Made by a program: the position numbers and the translations under genes
Source: Veleropilina oligotropha
Lineage: Eukaryota
Reading direction: 5' to 3'
DNA length: 64,000 bases
Assembly (NCBI GenBank): GCA_048128005.1
Contig: JBEUKZ010000062.1
Location: forward strand, 310,001-374,000
In this document: positions 16,127 through 28,424 of the stretch, one piece after another
Layout of the letters: each line of letters begins with the position of its first letter
Position numbering within the stretch: position 1 is the stretch's first letter
The notes under the pieces: generated by a model
What the model saw: the letters and a program-made list of their open reading frames with translations, nothing else
The model's database searches: none
What the model was told of the DNA's origin: nothing

Positions 16127-16420
16127 ATCCAAGTGAGCCTTCATTGACCGCTGCGTTAACGAATGGCAAAATTGCAGGAGCAATCACGAAGGGAGCAGGA
16201 AACGTCGATCGCTATGATCTTCAGTTGCAAGTTCAACACAGTGTGGACTGGAATAACATAACTGACATTACAGTAAATGCAAATCACCCAGCACCTACTG
16301 TTGATTACGAATTCGGAACAGAGTTGATCCCAGGCATCAGCTATCAAGTGCTCGTGATAGCGGCTTCATTAGCTGGCCTCAAAAGCGCACCGGTTGTCAG
16401 CAGTCCGCAAGTCAATGTCC
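16127..16420 (+). CDS. Host gene exon A1: FN3 domain of an R3-type receptor PTP-like protein
   Basis: Boundaries tttttcag| and |gtaagt. 294 nt, phase 1-1. Open frame xPSEPSLTAAL...ELIPGISYQVLVIAASLAGLKS, containing the FN3 L.PG..Y.V.V.A motif. Confidence 0.85.
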
Positions 16421-16599
16421 GTAAGTACCGTACTTCATAGCGATATTTTCGAAACCATATTCCAACATTGCCGATACAACCATTTATTTCATGACTTGAT
16501 TAAATTGGCATTGCCTGTAAGGGAAATTACTTGTTTAAAATGGATTTTATTTAGATGTAAATAATTTTGGGGCCCCCCGGTTCCTACCTTCCAGTACAT

Positions 16600-16613
16600 A
16601 TATATAGATATGC

Positions 16614-16704
<91 letters not shown>
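16600..16704. repeat. (TA)n microsatellite
   Basis: Directly visible. Confidence 0.95.
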
Positions 16705-16708
<4 letters not shown>

Positions 16709-17043
16709 AATAGATTTAAATAGAATTTGTTTGGGTTTAGGAAGTGCATTACTGCCACTCATATTAAAACCCATTGTCGTTTCTGGTCATCTATAGCCTG
16801 CCCTGTTTCTTAAAATAATCATCTATGCGGTTTTTAAATTGATTTACAGATGTTGATTCTACTACATTACTAGGAAGGCTGTTCCATTCATCGACAACCC
16901 GATTTGAGAAAAAGTGTTTCCTAACGTCGAGTCGGAATCTTTTTTTGTAAACTTTGTATTTATGGCCCCTGGTCGGTCTTTGGTTCATCTGAAAAAAGAA
17001 AGTACTGTCAACATTGTCAATTCCTGTAAACATTTTAAATACC
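16705..17043 (-). mobile_element. CR1 LINE 3' fragment
   Basis: Encodes the CR1 ORF2 C-terminus TRGHKYK...RKHFFSNRVVDEWNSLP. Nearly identical to 24652-24990, with a tctatttaaa repeat tail. Confidence 0.9.
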
Positions 17044-17086
17044 GCTGCTCGTGATAGCGGCTTCATTATATATATATATATATATA

Positions 17087-17124
<38 letters not shown>

Positions 17125-17127
<3 letters not shown>

Positions 17128-17290
17128 TAATATAATGGAGCTATAATTGTATGCGGGTCTGTCTGTCTGTCTGTTTCAAGTTGAACTCCTCCCAGACGCT
17201 TTGACCTAGGACCTTCAAACTTTGGGGGGTTAATCGGGGTCCCCCAAGGAAGGTTTACCACGAAAAAAATTCGGAAAATTCGCGAAAAAA
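17125..17290 (+). mobile_element. 5' part of the same non-autonomous Helitron as 10484-10971
   Basis: Nearly exact reverse complement of about 10800-10971. The 3' extent is uncertain. Confidence 0.75.
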
Positions 17291-17521
17291 AAAAATGTAC
17301 TTGCGCCCTTGGGGTGCTATTAGGGTTCCCTAATGCATGTTTGCACAACATTTTGAGTTAGGGTACCCGGATTTGGGGTTCCCCAAATCAATAGCAATTT
17401 TCTCCCTTATTGTTAAATTTCGAAAACCCAATTTCATACCAAATGGTGCTTCTATGACAAAAGAGTTCTACTCATGATGCATTACAATATCAAGTGGACG
17501 ATGTCTCAGATATTGACTTCG

Positions 17522-18090
<569 letters not shown>

Positions 18091-18200
18091 GGGTACGTTT
18101 GGATAACTCAAACGAGTTTCAGATATATATGGCAGAGCACTCAACACTCAACGTTTATAGTGAGTGGAGTTGATATACAATATACAATATAATAATATAT

Positions 18201-18247
18201 GGTCGCGACAGATCTGTTTCGTGCTATAATGCACTCGGCGGGCGAAC
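18201..18247 (-). ncRNA. Minimal type I hammerhead ribozyme-like motif with variant core (copy 1)
   Basis: Exact reverse complement of 20842-20888. Confidence 0.7.
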
Positions 18248-18710
18248 GTAATACGTTAAGTTGCGGTTAAGAAGTAAGGGTGTACTTTTATACGAAACTA
18301 AAATCTGAAATTCCGAAATTAATTCTTTGTTTCTTTGTTTGATTATATGTCGGCAGCTTGTTACACTATGCTCGTCAGGTTGGACAATACATTTTATGGA
18401 AGTGCGATTATTATTTGTCATCGCTGATGTTATATAAACACGGACTAGACTAAGCACCTAATTTCGGACAACTCGGCACACGGGGATTTCGCGATGCCGA
18501 ATATAGGCAAAGCTGTAAATCTGTGATAATTGTGATAATTAATTGTGATAATTAATTGTTTGTTTCTTTGTTTGGTTATATGTGGGCAGCTTGTTACACT
18601 TGGCTAGGGGGTATTTTCTGTTATGTCTGAAAGAGGCGGCTAATTTATTTATACGAAACTTCCGAAATTAGTTATCATCTGTTTGTTAATTTAATTATAT
18701 GAAAGTGGGT

Positions 18711-19958
18711 TTATTTCACCTGGCTAAGTAGGTATTTTCTGTTATGTCTGCAAGATGTGGCCAGTTCGTTTCTTTTGTTCAGTGTGCATGTTTCTGGTTT
18801 GCAAATTATCATGTACTTCTCTAGTAAACACAGATTGCATCTCTTGGTGGTGTTCGAGTATGATTTTGCTTGTTTTAATGCTTTCCATTTGATTTTAAAG
18901 TTGATGTTTCTGTCTTTTAGTTTCCAGATATGCTTACTTAGCTCCGTTTGGTGGCGTTTGCTTTCATGGTTGAAAGATGTCTTGTGGTTTCTAAATCTGG
19001 TTTTGAACTCCGTTTCGCACAGGCCAATGTATGATTCTGTTGTGTTGTTATCTTGTCTTGTTACTGCTGCTTGGTATATTATACTCTTTGTTAGGCACTT
19101 GTTTTCAAGGGGGCAGTCATCTTTGTTTCTACAGTTGCATGTGTTTTGGTGGGCTGCAGGTTTGTTCTGATTTTGGTTAATGATTTTTCTGTTGTGTGTT
19201 TCGATGGAATTTTTCATGTTGGGCATGCATGAGTAGCTGAGTTTGAGCGTGTGCCTGTTGAATATTTTGTTTAGCTTGTGATTTTTGGGGAAGCATTCGT
19301 CAATTATCGTTAGGAATTGCTTGCCAATGTTGGTTTGTACGTTACTGTTGAATGGTGGGTTGAACCATGTGATGCTTTTGTGCCTGGTGCGTTTCTTTTT
19401 TGTGGTTTCCTCTGGTTTGTATTCTAATTTGTACTTGTATCCGCTGTTGTGCAGGGCTTCTTGGTATTTGGGTGTTGCTTTGTCAAATACGTCTTTGTTG
19501 GACGAAATTCTACACAGTCTTTTGTTTATGTTTTCTGGGATGTTTCTGGTTATGCTGGGTGGATGGTTGCTGTCTTTATGCACATACAGGATTGTGTTGC
19601 CAGGTTTCATGTAGGGTTGGAATGTGGAGCTATTTAGGTTGAGTGTCACGTCGAGGAAGTTAATTGTCTTTTTGTTCGCTTCTATGGTTATTTTCAGGTT
19701 GTGCGCTTTGAATATTTTGCATATCTGTTTTTTAATGTTTTCTATTGTGCGTGGCGTGGCTTTGCATGTTGCCAGTCCATCGTCCCTGTAGAGTCCTATG
19801 TTGTCTTTAATTTCGGTGGGGAGCAGTGATAGCAAATATGTGCCAATTAATTCGCAGGTTTCGGCTCCGTCAAAGCTACCCATGGTTACGTCAAATGGTT
19901 TGCATTTTTTCGTCCACCCTTCATCATTGTGGAATAGAAGTGCTTTTTTCGCATGCAT
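18711..19958 (-). CDS. Penelope-like reverse transcriptase (partial) plus GIY-YIG endonuclease
   Basis: RT motifs MGSFDGAETCELIG, GLYRDDGL and FLDVTL. Linker CNCR....CPLENKCL. Nuclease motif SIIY...SYIG and C-terminal CNLC...LNKRNE...CRH. Uninterrupted for 415 aa; the N-terminus is missing. Confidence 0.9.
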   Translation of the reverse strand: MHAKKALLFHNDEGWTKKCKPFDVTMGSFDGAETCELIGTYLLSLLPTEIKDNIGLYRDDGLATCKATPRTIENIKKQICKIFKAHNLKITIEANKKTINFLDVTLNLNSSTFQPYMKPGNTILYVHKDSNHPPSITRNIPENINKRLCRISSNKDVFDKATPKYQEALHNSGYKYKLEYKPEETTKKKRTRHKSITWFNPPFNSNVQTNIGKQFLTIIDECFPKNHKLNKIFNRHTLKLSYSCMPNMKNSIETHNRKIINQNQNKPAAHQNTCNCRNKDDCPLENKCLTKSIIYQAAVTRQDNNTTESYIGLCETEFKTRFRNHKTSFNHESKRHQTELSKHIWKLKDRNINFKIKWKALKQAKSYSNTTKRCNLCLLEKYMIICKPETCTLNKRNELATSCRHNRKYLLSQVK

Positions 19959-19970
19959 TATTATATGTTT

Positions 19971-20378
19971 GACTGCCCCCTTGAAAACAAGTGCCTAACA
20001 AAGAGTATAATATACCAAGCAGCAGTAACAAGACAAGATAACAACACAACAGAATCATACATTGGCCTGTGCGAAACGGAGTTCAAAACCAGATTTAGAA
20101 ACCACAAGACATCTTTCAACCATGAAAGCAAACGCCACCAAACGGAGCTAAGTAAGCATATCTGGAAACTAAAAGACAGAAACATCAACTTTAAAATCAA
20201 ATGGAAAGCATTAAAACAAGCAAAATCATACTCGAACACCACCAAGAGATGCAATCTGTGTTTACTAGAGAAGTACATGATAATTTGCAAACCAGAAACA
20301 TGCACACTGAACAAAAGAAACGAACTGGCCGCATCTTGCAGACATAACAGAAAATACCTACTTAGCCAGGTGAAATAA
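19971..20378 (+). pseudogene. Inverted duplicate of the GIY-YIG coding region (part of the pseudo-LTR)
   Basis: Translation matches the C-terminal part of 18711-19958 except T/A near the end. It has no independent start context. Confidence 0.85.
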
Positions 20379-20841
20379 ACCCACTTTCATATAATTAAAT
20401 TAACAAACAGAAGATAACTAATTTCGGAAGTTTCGTATAAATAAATTAGCCGCCTCTTTCAGACATAACAGAAAATACCCCCTAGCCAAGTGTAACAAGC
20501 TGCCCACATATAACCAAACAAAGAAACAAACAATTAATTATCACAATTAATTATCACAATTATCACAGATTTACAGCTTTGCCTATATTCGGCATCGCGA
20601 AATCCCCGTGTGCCGAGTTGTCCGAAATTAGGTGCTTAGTCTAGTCCGTGTTTATATAACATCAGCGATGACAAATAATAATCGCACTTCCATAAAATGT
20701 ATTGTCCAACCTGACGAGCATAGTGTAACAAGCTGCCGACATATAATCAAACAAAGAAACAAAGAATTAATTTCGGAATTTCAGATTTTAGTTTCGTATA
20801 AAAGTACACCCTTACTTCTTAACCGCAACTTAACGTATTAC

Positions 20842-20888
20842 GTTCGCCCGCCGAGTGCATTATAGCACGAAACAGATCTGTCGCGACC
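20842..20888 (+). ncRNA. Minimal type I hammerhead ribozyme-like motif with variant core (copy 2)
   Basis: Layout: stem I tcgc/gcga; core CCGCCGA; stem II gtgc-attata-gcac; GAAA; palindromic stem III acagatctgt; GTC cleavage triplet. It lies on the sense strand, downstream of the element's ORF. Confidence 0.7.
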
Positions 20889-20907
20889 ATATATTATTAT
20901 ATTGTAT

Positions 20908-21053
<146 letters not shown>

Positions 21054-21215
21054 TGCATAGCGTTGAACTGATGGGTTTATTGTCACAGACTACCAACCAT
21101 TATGTCACTTGAAATCAGACATATAAAGTCATTGTGTAGATCAGCGTTGTTTGGTGTACATAGCTTCGGTGATCTTGCATTTCTGCCAATAAGCTTGTCT
21201 GGCACTCTTTTTCAG

Positions 21216-21509
21216 ATCCAAGTGAGCCTTCATTGACCGCTGCGTTATCGAATGGCAAAATTGCAGGAGCAATTAAGAAGGGAGCAGGAAACGTCGATCG
21301 CTATGATCTTCAGTTGCAAGTTCAACACAGTGTGGACTGGAATAACATAACTGACATTACAGTAAATGCAAATCACCCAGCACCTACTGTTGATTACGAA
21401 TTCGGAACAGAGTTGATCCCAGGCAGCAGCTATCAAGTGCTCGTGATAGCGGCTTCATTAGCTGGCCTCAAAAGCGCACCGGTTGTCAGCAGTCCGCAAG
21501 TCAATATCC
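21216..21509 (+). CDS. Host gene exon A2: duplicate FN3 exon
   Basis: Boundaries tttttcag| and |gtaagt. 294 nt, phase 1-1. Five substitutions relative to 16127-16420. Confidence 0.85.
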
Positions 21510-22368
21510 GTAAGTAACGTATTTCATAGCGATATTATCGAAACCATGTTCCAACATTGCCGATACAACCATTTATTTCATGACTTGATTAAATTTGCCT
21601 GTAAGTAGGAAAACATTCTTTTAATGTTATAATCTAAACCACAAATGTATTTTTTCTACTTAACCAAAATAAACTTTGCAATTTTTCCAAAAAATTAAAA
21701 GTAATTGCAATGTTTTCAAAAACATAAAAGTAATCGCAATTTTCCCCAAATTTTAAAGTAAGGAAATAATTAAACCGGGTCCGGTTTTATCATGGGTGAC
21801 AGATAATTCGCCCAAAATAAATTCGTCAAGTTGGGCACTGCCGAAGTTAAATTTGGAAAAGTGGAAAGTTGAGCTGTTACATTGTTACTAATGTAGTATT
21901 TTACAATAATGTCACATTGCGGCTATTTAGACAAACGTATTATTCATATTTGAAGAATCGTCTACTTGTTTCGATTCTAAGTCTGACGAAACAAAATTGG
22001 GCGACCCGGTGCCGTTGAATGTAATATTTCACTAGCTGGCAACGATTTCAGCAGCGATTTTTTATTATAAAACAGCAAACAATATTTGTTCTTCCATTTT
22101 TATTCATCAAAACATTTTTGCAACTTCCACATATATTATATGTAAGTAAGGCATTGTAAGCCAAATATGCGATCATTACGGGCAATACAATTGTACGCTG
22201 AATCTGTTGTAACGTATTCAGATAGTGTCACATCCGCTAGTATTAAGCATCGCCAATTAGTAATTGGTTGCCGTCAAATATAATTTTGATGACAACGGTT
22301 ATGTTACTCTTACTACTTGCGATCAACAGAACTGCAGTGGCTAATCCTACGCATCTGTCTTCTTGCAG

Positions 22369-22647
22369 AACCGGCGCTTCCCGCTAACATCACTAAATCG
22401 TCTGATGATGCAAAGGAAGTTAATATAACGTGGAAACAAAGTGGGGTGTTTGACCAGTTTTTAATTTGCTGGTACCTCTCAACAGGAGGGATTCATTTTT
22501 GCGATTATATTGCTAATCAATGGTATCTAATTATAAACTTAAGGCCCGACACTTTGTATGATATATCGTTAACAACACGGAAGACAACCGGGAGCGGCGT
22601 GATATCGAGCGACACTGCAACAGTGCCATACCGCACAGGTGAAGACG
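22369..22647 (+). CDS. Host gene exon B: FN3 domain
   Basis: Boundaries tcttcttgcag| and |gtgagt. 279 nt, phase 1-1. PALPANIT...VNITW...NLRPDTLYDISL...YRTG. Confidence 0.85.
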
Positions 22648-23874
22648 GTGAGTATTTACCATGGAAGTGTGGTGGTATACGACAACCAACGTTAGTCCAG
22701 TTGCCAATTTAGTCAGACAGGACGTAGTGTTTCCGTGTACCCCCCTAAAACTAAATTCCAAAGTGATGTTTAACAACCCTGGGACCTCTACTTAAAGAAT
22801 TGAGATGTTGTCAGCGAAAAAAAATGTCCCACGGGGTCCTAATTGGAATATTTCGAAGATGGCCGCCGCCCACAGCAACAATATGCTGTGTACCTATGTC
22901 AGTAAGTATTGGGCCGATGCTGAAACGATTTATGAGGTTTTTAACGTAATTGGAGGTCAAGGTCACGTGATTCCGGTGAAGGTCAAGGTCATTTTGTTAA
23001 ATAAATCAATTTTGTTGTCATTTAACCACATGGTTTTGTACCCATCTTCCATATATGTGGTGATGGAAGCTTAAGCATCTGCTTTAAGCATGTTGGATAT
23101 CTACTTAAAGAATTGAGATGTTGCCAGCGAAAAAACAAATGTCCCACGGGGTCGAAATTAACATGTTTCCAAGATGGCCGCCGTCAACAGCCATACAAGC
23201 TGTGTACTTATGTCAGCTAGTAATGCGCCGATTTAATGATCTTAGTGGTTATTATAAGTTTTTTTGAGGTGCTGGAACGATTTTTGAGGTTTTTAATGTT
23301 ATGGAAGGTCAAGGCCACGTGATTCGGGTGAAGGTTAAGGTCATTTTGTTAAAATAAATCAAATTTTACTATCATTTTCAGTCAATATATTTTACCTACC
23401 TCCCACAGATAGGGTGATGGAAGCTTAAGTCTTTTCTTTGTACATGTTCGACGTCTACTTAAAGAATTCAGATGTAGCCAGCGAGCAAAATGTTCTACGA
23501 AGTCATAATTAGCATATTTCCAAGATGACCGCTGTCCATAACCAAAAAACTTCAAATGTAGATATATCAGTTTCTAAAGAGACAATTTTTATGATCATAT
23601 AGAATATTATAAGGTTTTGGGGGTGCTGTAATGATTTATGAGGTTTTTAAAGTAATTGAAGGCCAAGGTCACGCGATTCAGGCGAAGGTCAAGGTCATTT
23701 TATTAAAATAAATCATTTTTTTGTCATTTTCCGACATAATATTTTATCCACCTCTCAAAGGTATGGTAGTAAAACCTTAAACCTTTTTTGCATTAAACAT
23801 AAATAAAAGAAAATCATACGTCAATGTCATGTGGCTAAGATCCGTCTAAAAGGTTATGAATGCATCAAGTATGC

Positions 23875-24990
23875 ATGCCTATAATATAATATATCTTGAT
23901 TTTCAAAAGGCATTCGACAAAGTACCACATAAACGGCTGAAACAAAAATTAAGTAACCATGGTCTGAAAGGTCCAATATTAAACTAGATAAGGATGCGGC
24001 TAGAAAATAGAAAACAGAGGGTTGTAATAAATAAATGGGATCAAGTCAAAGTGGGAGCCGGTACTAAGTGGAGTCTCACAAGGTTCTGTTTTGGGCCCAT
24101 TGCTGTTTCTTATATATTTAAATAAATTGTACAGAATTGTTGAAACTGAAGAAGATGCAAAAACACTTCAAAGTGATTTAAACAATCTGGTGAAATGGTC
24201 AGAGGATTGGCAAATGCTTTTTAACACCAGTAAATGAAAGGTATTGCATGCGGGTTATAACAACGAAACTTTCAATTATAAAATGGGTTCAGATACCTTA
24301 GAAGTAGTAACAAAAGAGAAAGATTTGGGTGTATCGGTAGACAAGACATTTAAACCATCAAATCAATGTGCAGAATCAGCTAAAAATGGAAATCAAATAT
24401 TGGGAATGATAAAGAGAAACTTTAATTTTAAATCCAGAGTCATCATAAGTAAGCTTATACAAGCAAATGGTTAGACCGCATTTAGAAAATGCAATGCAAG
24501 CATGGAGCCCATATCTTGCAAAGGATATCAAAATTATTGAACAAGTTCAAAGAAGAGCCACAAAATTGATAGGCGAATTGAGAGAATTACCTTATGAGGA
24601 TAGACTAAGAGCATTTAACCTCACAACATTGTCTTTGAGAAGGATGATTCAGGTATTTAAAATGTTTACAGGAATTGAAAATGTTGACAGTACGTTCTTT
24701 TTTCAGATGAACCAAAGACCTACCAGGGGCCTTAAATACAAAGGTTACAAAAAAAGATTCCGACTAGACGTTAGAAAACACTTTTTCTCAAATCGGGTTG
24801 TCGATGAATGGAACAGTCTTCCTAGTAATGTAGTAGAATCAACATCTGTAAACCAATTTAAAAACCGCATAGATGATTATTTTAAGAAACAGGGCAGGCT
24901 ATAGATGACCAGAAACGACAATGGGTTTTAATATGAGTGGCAGTAATGCACTTCCTAAACCCAAAACAAATTATATTTAAATCTATTTAA
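23875..24990 (+). mobile_element. CR1 LINE, 5'-truncated and decayed
   Basis: IYLDFQKAFDKVPH at about 23890, SQGSVLGP-like motif, EKDLGV, VRPHLE, RKHFFSNRVV. Contains frameshifts and stops. Confidence 0.9.
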
Positions 24991-26099
24991 ACTTTCGCGT
25001 TTGTGATAAAGATTTATCACTATACTGATTGCTGAACAACACACTATAGAAAGGCAATTGAACCTGTTTATACATGTTATTTAGACGTCTTATCTAAATT
25101 GCATAAGCAATGTCTAAATTCATCTCCAGCATGAATGAGAAGATCATCATAATTTATCTCGATTACCTCCTCTGAATATGACCCTTCATCTTCACACTCT
25201 TGGTGACCTCATCATTTTGGCTATCATCAGTGTTAAACAGGTTATTGAGTAATGGGGGAAAGATGGGGCTAATTGACCACATTGGCTCCGAAACCCCATC
25301 TTCTGTCTTTAGTCTACCTTGATCCTCATCATATGGTTTAGGGTGCTGGAAGATAGGTTCCGCAACACACATGTAGCCGACTTGGCAGGGAGACAGAAGA
25401 ATCATATCAGCATTAGACTTAGAATTGAGCGTTTGTTTCTCTCCAACTATTTTTGGAGCAGCTTGCTTCTCACAACTTTGACAGATGTCACGGGTTTCAC
25501 CATACAGACAGGTAGTGACCTCCAACTGCTTGTACAAATCTTGTGCCACATTTCACACCACGCCTATCTTCATGTAACATAGTACATGATATTTACGAAA
25601 ACTACTATAATACAATGGAAACAGCACCTCTTTATAAATTATTGACATGCAAGTGTAATTTGCCTTTGGCTTTCTCGAGCATTTTAGTTGCGCTACCTTC
25701 CCCTTGTTATTGGATAAGCTGTTATAGCCCTCCGCAGAGAACACATAGAAGCCAAGTAAGGTAGAACACCGATCCTTGCCCAGTTCATCTACCAGTTCAC
25801 TGATGTTGATTAATTGTCTGTGCTAGTGTCAAGGTAGAAAGTAAGGGAAATATCTGATGCATGGAGAAGTCGAGTGTGTGCACGGCCACGTATTTGAAAC
25901 CGAACTCTTCAGCGTAGTGGTGATAGGTGATAATGCAGGTGTCGGTATCCTCCTGATCGGATAACATAGAGTTAATATCCGTCACGTTGATCTAAAGGAA
26001 AGAAGAGCACTCCATATATGTAATAAAAAGTTTAATACCAATGAATAATATGGTACGTATGCAGGAGATGTAGGGGAGACGTTCCAATGGTAGATGATG

Positions 26100-26450
26100 C
26101 TGAGGAGGGCTGAAGGTGGACAGATGTGTACGAGGTGGTGGACCGGTTTTATTACCTGGGCGACATCCTGAGTGTGTGTGGAAGGAAGGATGTGGATGCA
26201 GCAGTGACGGCGAGAGTGAGGTATGCGTGGAAGACATTCAAAAAGTTTGCACCATTCCTAATATCCAAGTCGCCACCCCTGACGATGAAGCGCCAAGTGT
26301 ACACGACATGTGTCAGAAGCTGCTTGTTCTACGGTTGGCAGCACGCTGCGTCCATCGACATGCGACAGATGGGAGTTATCCATGGGGATATCCAGGACAA
26401 TGCCTGATGCAGAGGAGACATAGGAATGACTAGGGCGCACACAGCAGTGC
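26100..26450 (+). mobile_element. RTE-clade LINE fragment
   Basis: EVVDRFYYLGD...AVTARVRYAW..F...KRQVYTTCVRSCLFYG resembles the RTE region downstream of the RT core. Confidence 0.7.
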
Positions 26451-28424
26451 CTGGTAACCCGCCCTGTGCTCTGACATGATGATGATTTAGGTGTTAGCTT
26501 TGAGACGTTTTACCTCACCATAAGATTAATCGAATTCATAAGCCTTTCTCTTTACATCAAGAACATCTGTCTGACATTTTCACAGAAGTGTAGCACCCTT
26601 ACAACTTTCCCATACTTTCAGCAGCAGGTACCATGTTCATTTTGTTAGCAAGAAAAAGCACGAAGTCGTTGGGCTTCTGCATCACAGGCCTCTCTACCGA
26701 TAATTGTTTTCAATTATAGAGCAAAAGATGTACCGTACCCTGATGACGCCTTCTACAAACAAGATGAAAATGCGCCAACTTGCGCCAACTTGCCTCCAAC
26801 ATTTGGTAACACCCCCTCCAGATCCGAGACCAAAATATCAGCAAATAAAACTTATGTACAGACTCCAACCAGATTGAATCGGTCTCTTACGGCACTGGAT
26901 TTTGTTTATCCCATCCCCCCATGCACTAGAGATCATCCTTACTACCTTGACACTAGCACAAGTAAACACCGACAACTCATCAGCATCAGTGAAATGAGAA
27001 ATTATTGGTGCTAAACCTTACTTTGTGTTCTCAGGGAAGGACAGTACCATCGCCTTCAAGGACAAGGGAAGGCGACGCCACTAAAATGCTCGATAAAAAA
27101 CAATGTCCATAAGGTGGCCAGGCACATTGCACTAACATATCAAAAATAATTGTATATTTAGAAAGAGGTGCTTTTCCTAATTATTGTAGTATCTCATGCA
27201 CTATGTTGTAGGCAGCTAGACGTGGCATGAAATGTGATCCCCATATGTACACGAGCAGTTATAGGCCAATACCTCTCTGGATGGTGAAGCCCATTAAAGA
27301 TCTTTGAACGTGGTGAGGAGCAAGCTGCTGAAAAAGATGTTTAGAAAGGACCAAACGCTGAGCCTACCTTTCACCACCCCAACCATATGATGAGGATCAA
27401 GGTTGAATAATAACTGAAGAGGGAGTGTGGGAGCCTGTGTGGTCAATTAACCCTATCAAAAGTGTGAAGATGCTGGGCCATATCCAAAGGAGGCAATCGA
27501 GATAAATTACCATATGATCATCTTCTCGTTGATGCTGAGGATGAATTTTAGGCATTTCTTATGTCATTTAGATAAGACGTCTAAATAACATGTATAAGTA
27601 AGTTCAATATAGTGATAAATCGTTATCACAAACGCATACTTAATGCATTCATGGTCTTTTAGGCGGACCTTAACCACACGAAATTGACGTATGATTTTCT
27701 TTTCTTTTGATTGGGGAGATATGCAACATGTTTAAAGAAAAAGGCTTAAGCTTCTATCACCATATCTTTGTGAGATGGATAAAATGTCAATTCGGAAAAT
27801 TACCAAAAAATGATTTATTTTAATAAAGTGACCTTGATATTTGTCTGAATTATGTGACCTGGACCTCCAATTGCTTTGAAAGCCTCATAAATCGATTCAG
27901 CACCTTAGAAAATCTTACAATGAACACCAAGATCATTAAAATGTGACTCAATAGTTACTGATGTAACTACACAATGTTTTATGGCTGTGGACCGCGACCA
28001 TCTTGGAAATATGCTGATTAGGACTTCGTGAAACATTTTTCTCGCTGGCTACATCTTAATTATTTAAGTAGATGTCGAACATGTTTAAATCAAAGACTTA
28101 AGCTTCTGTCACCTTATCTATGGGAGGTAGGTGGAAAATGATAACAAAATTGATTTATTTTAACAAAATGACCTTAACCTTCACCCGAATCACGTGACCT
28201 TGACCTCCAATATCATTAAAAACCACACAAATCGTTCTAGCACCTCCGAAAACCATATAATAACCACTAAGATCATGAAAATCGGCTCATTACTTGCAGC
28301 TTTTATGGGTGTTGACGGCGGCCATCTTGGAAATATGTTACTTTTTTTCGCTGGAAACATCTCAATTCCTTAAGTAGATATCCATCATGCTTAAATCAAA
28401 GGCTTAAGCTTCCATAACGATATA

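Noticed and set aside
18711..20720. Selenoprotein (UGA/SECIS) coding in the Penelope-like element
   Set aside because: The visible ORF has no in-frame TGA and ends in TAA. I see no convincing SECIS geometry downstream.
20711..20760. CTGACGAG in the Penelope 3' region as a canonical hammerhead core
   Set aside because: No stem II closed by GAAA follows it. It could at most be a remnant.
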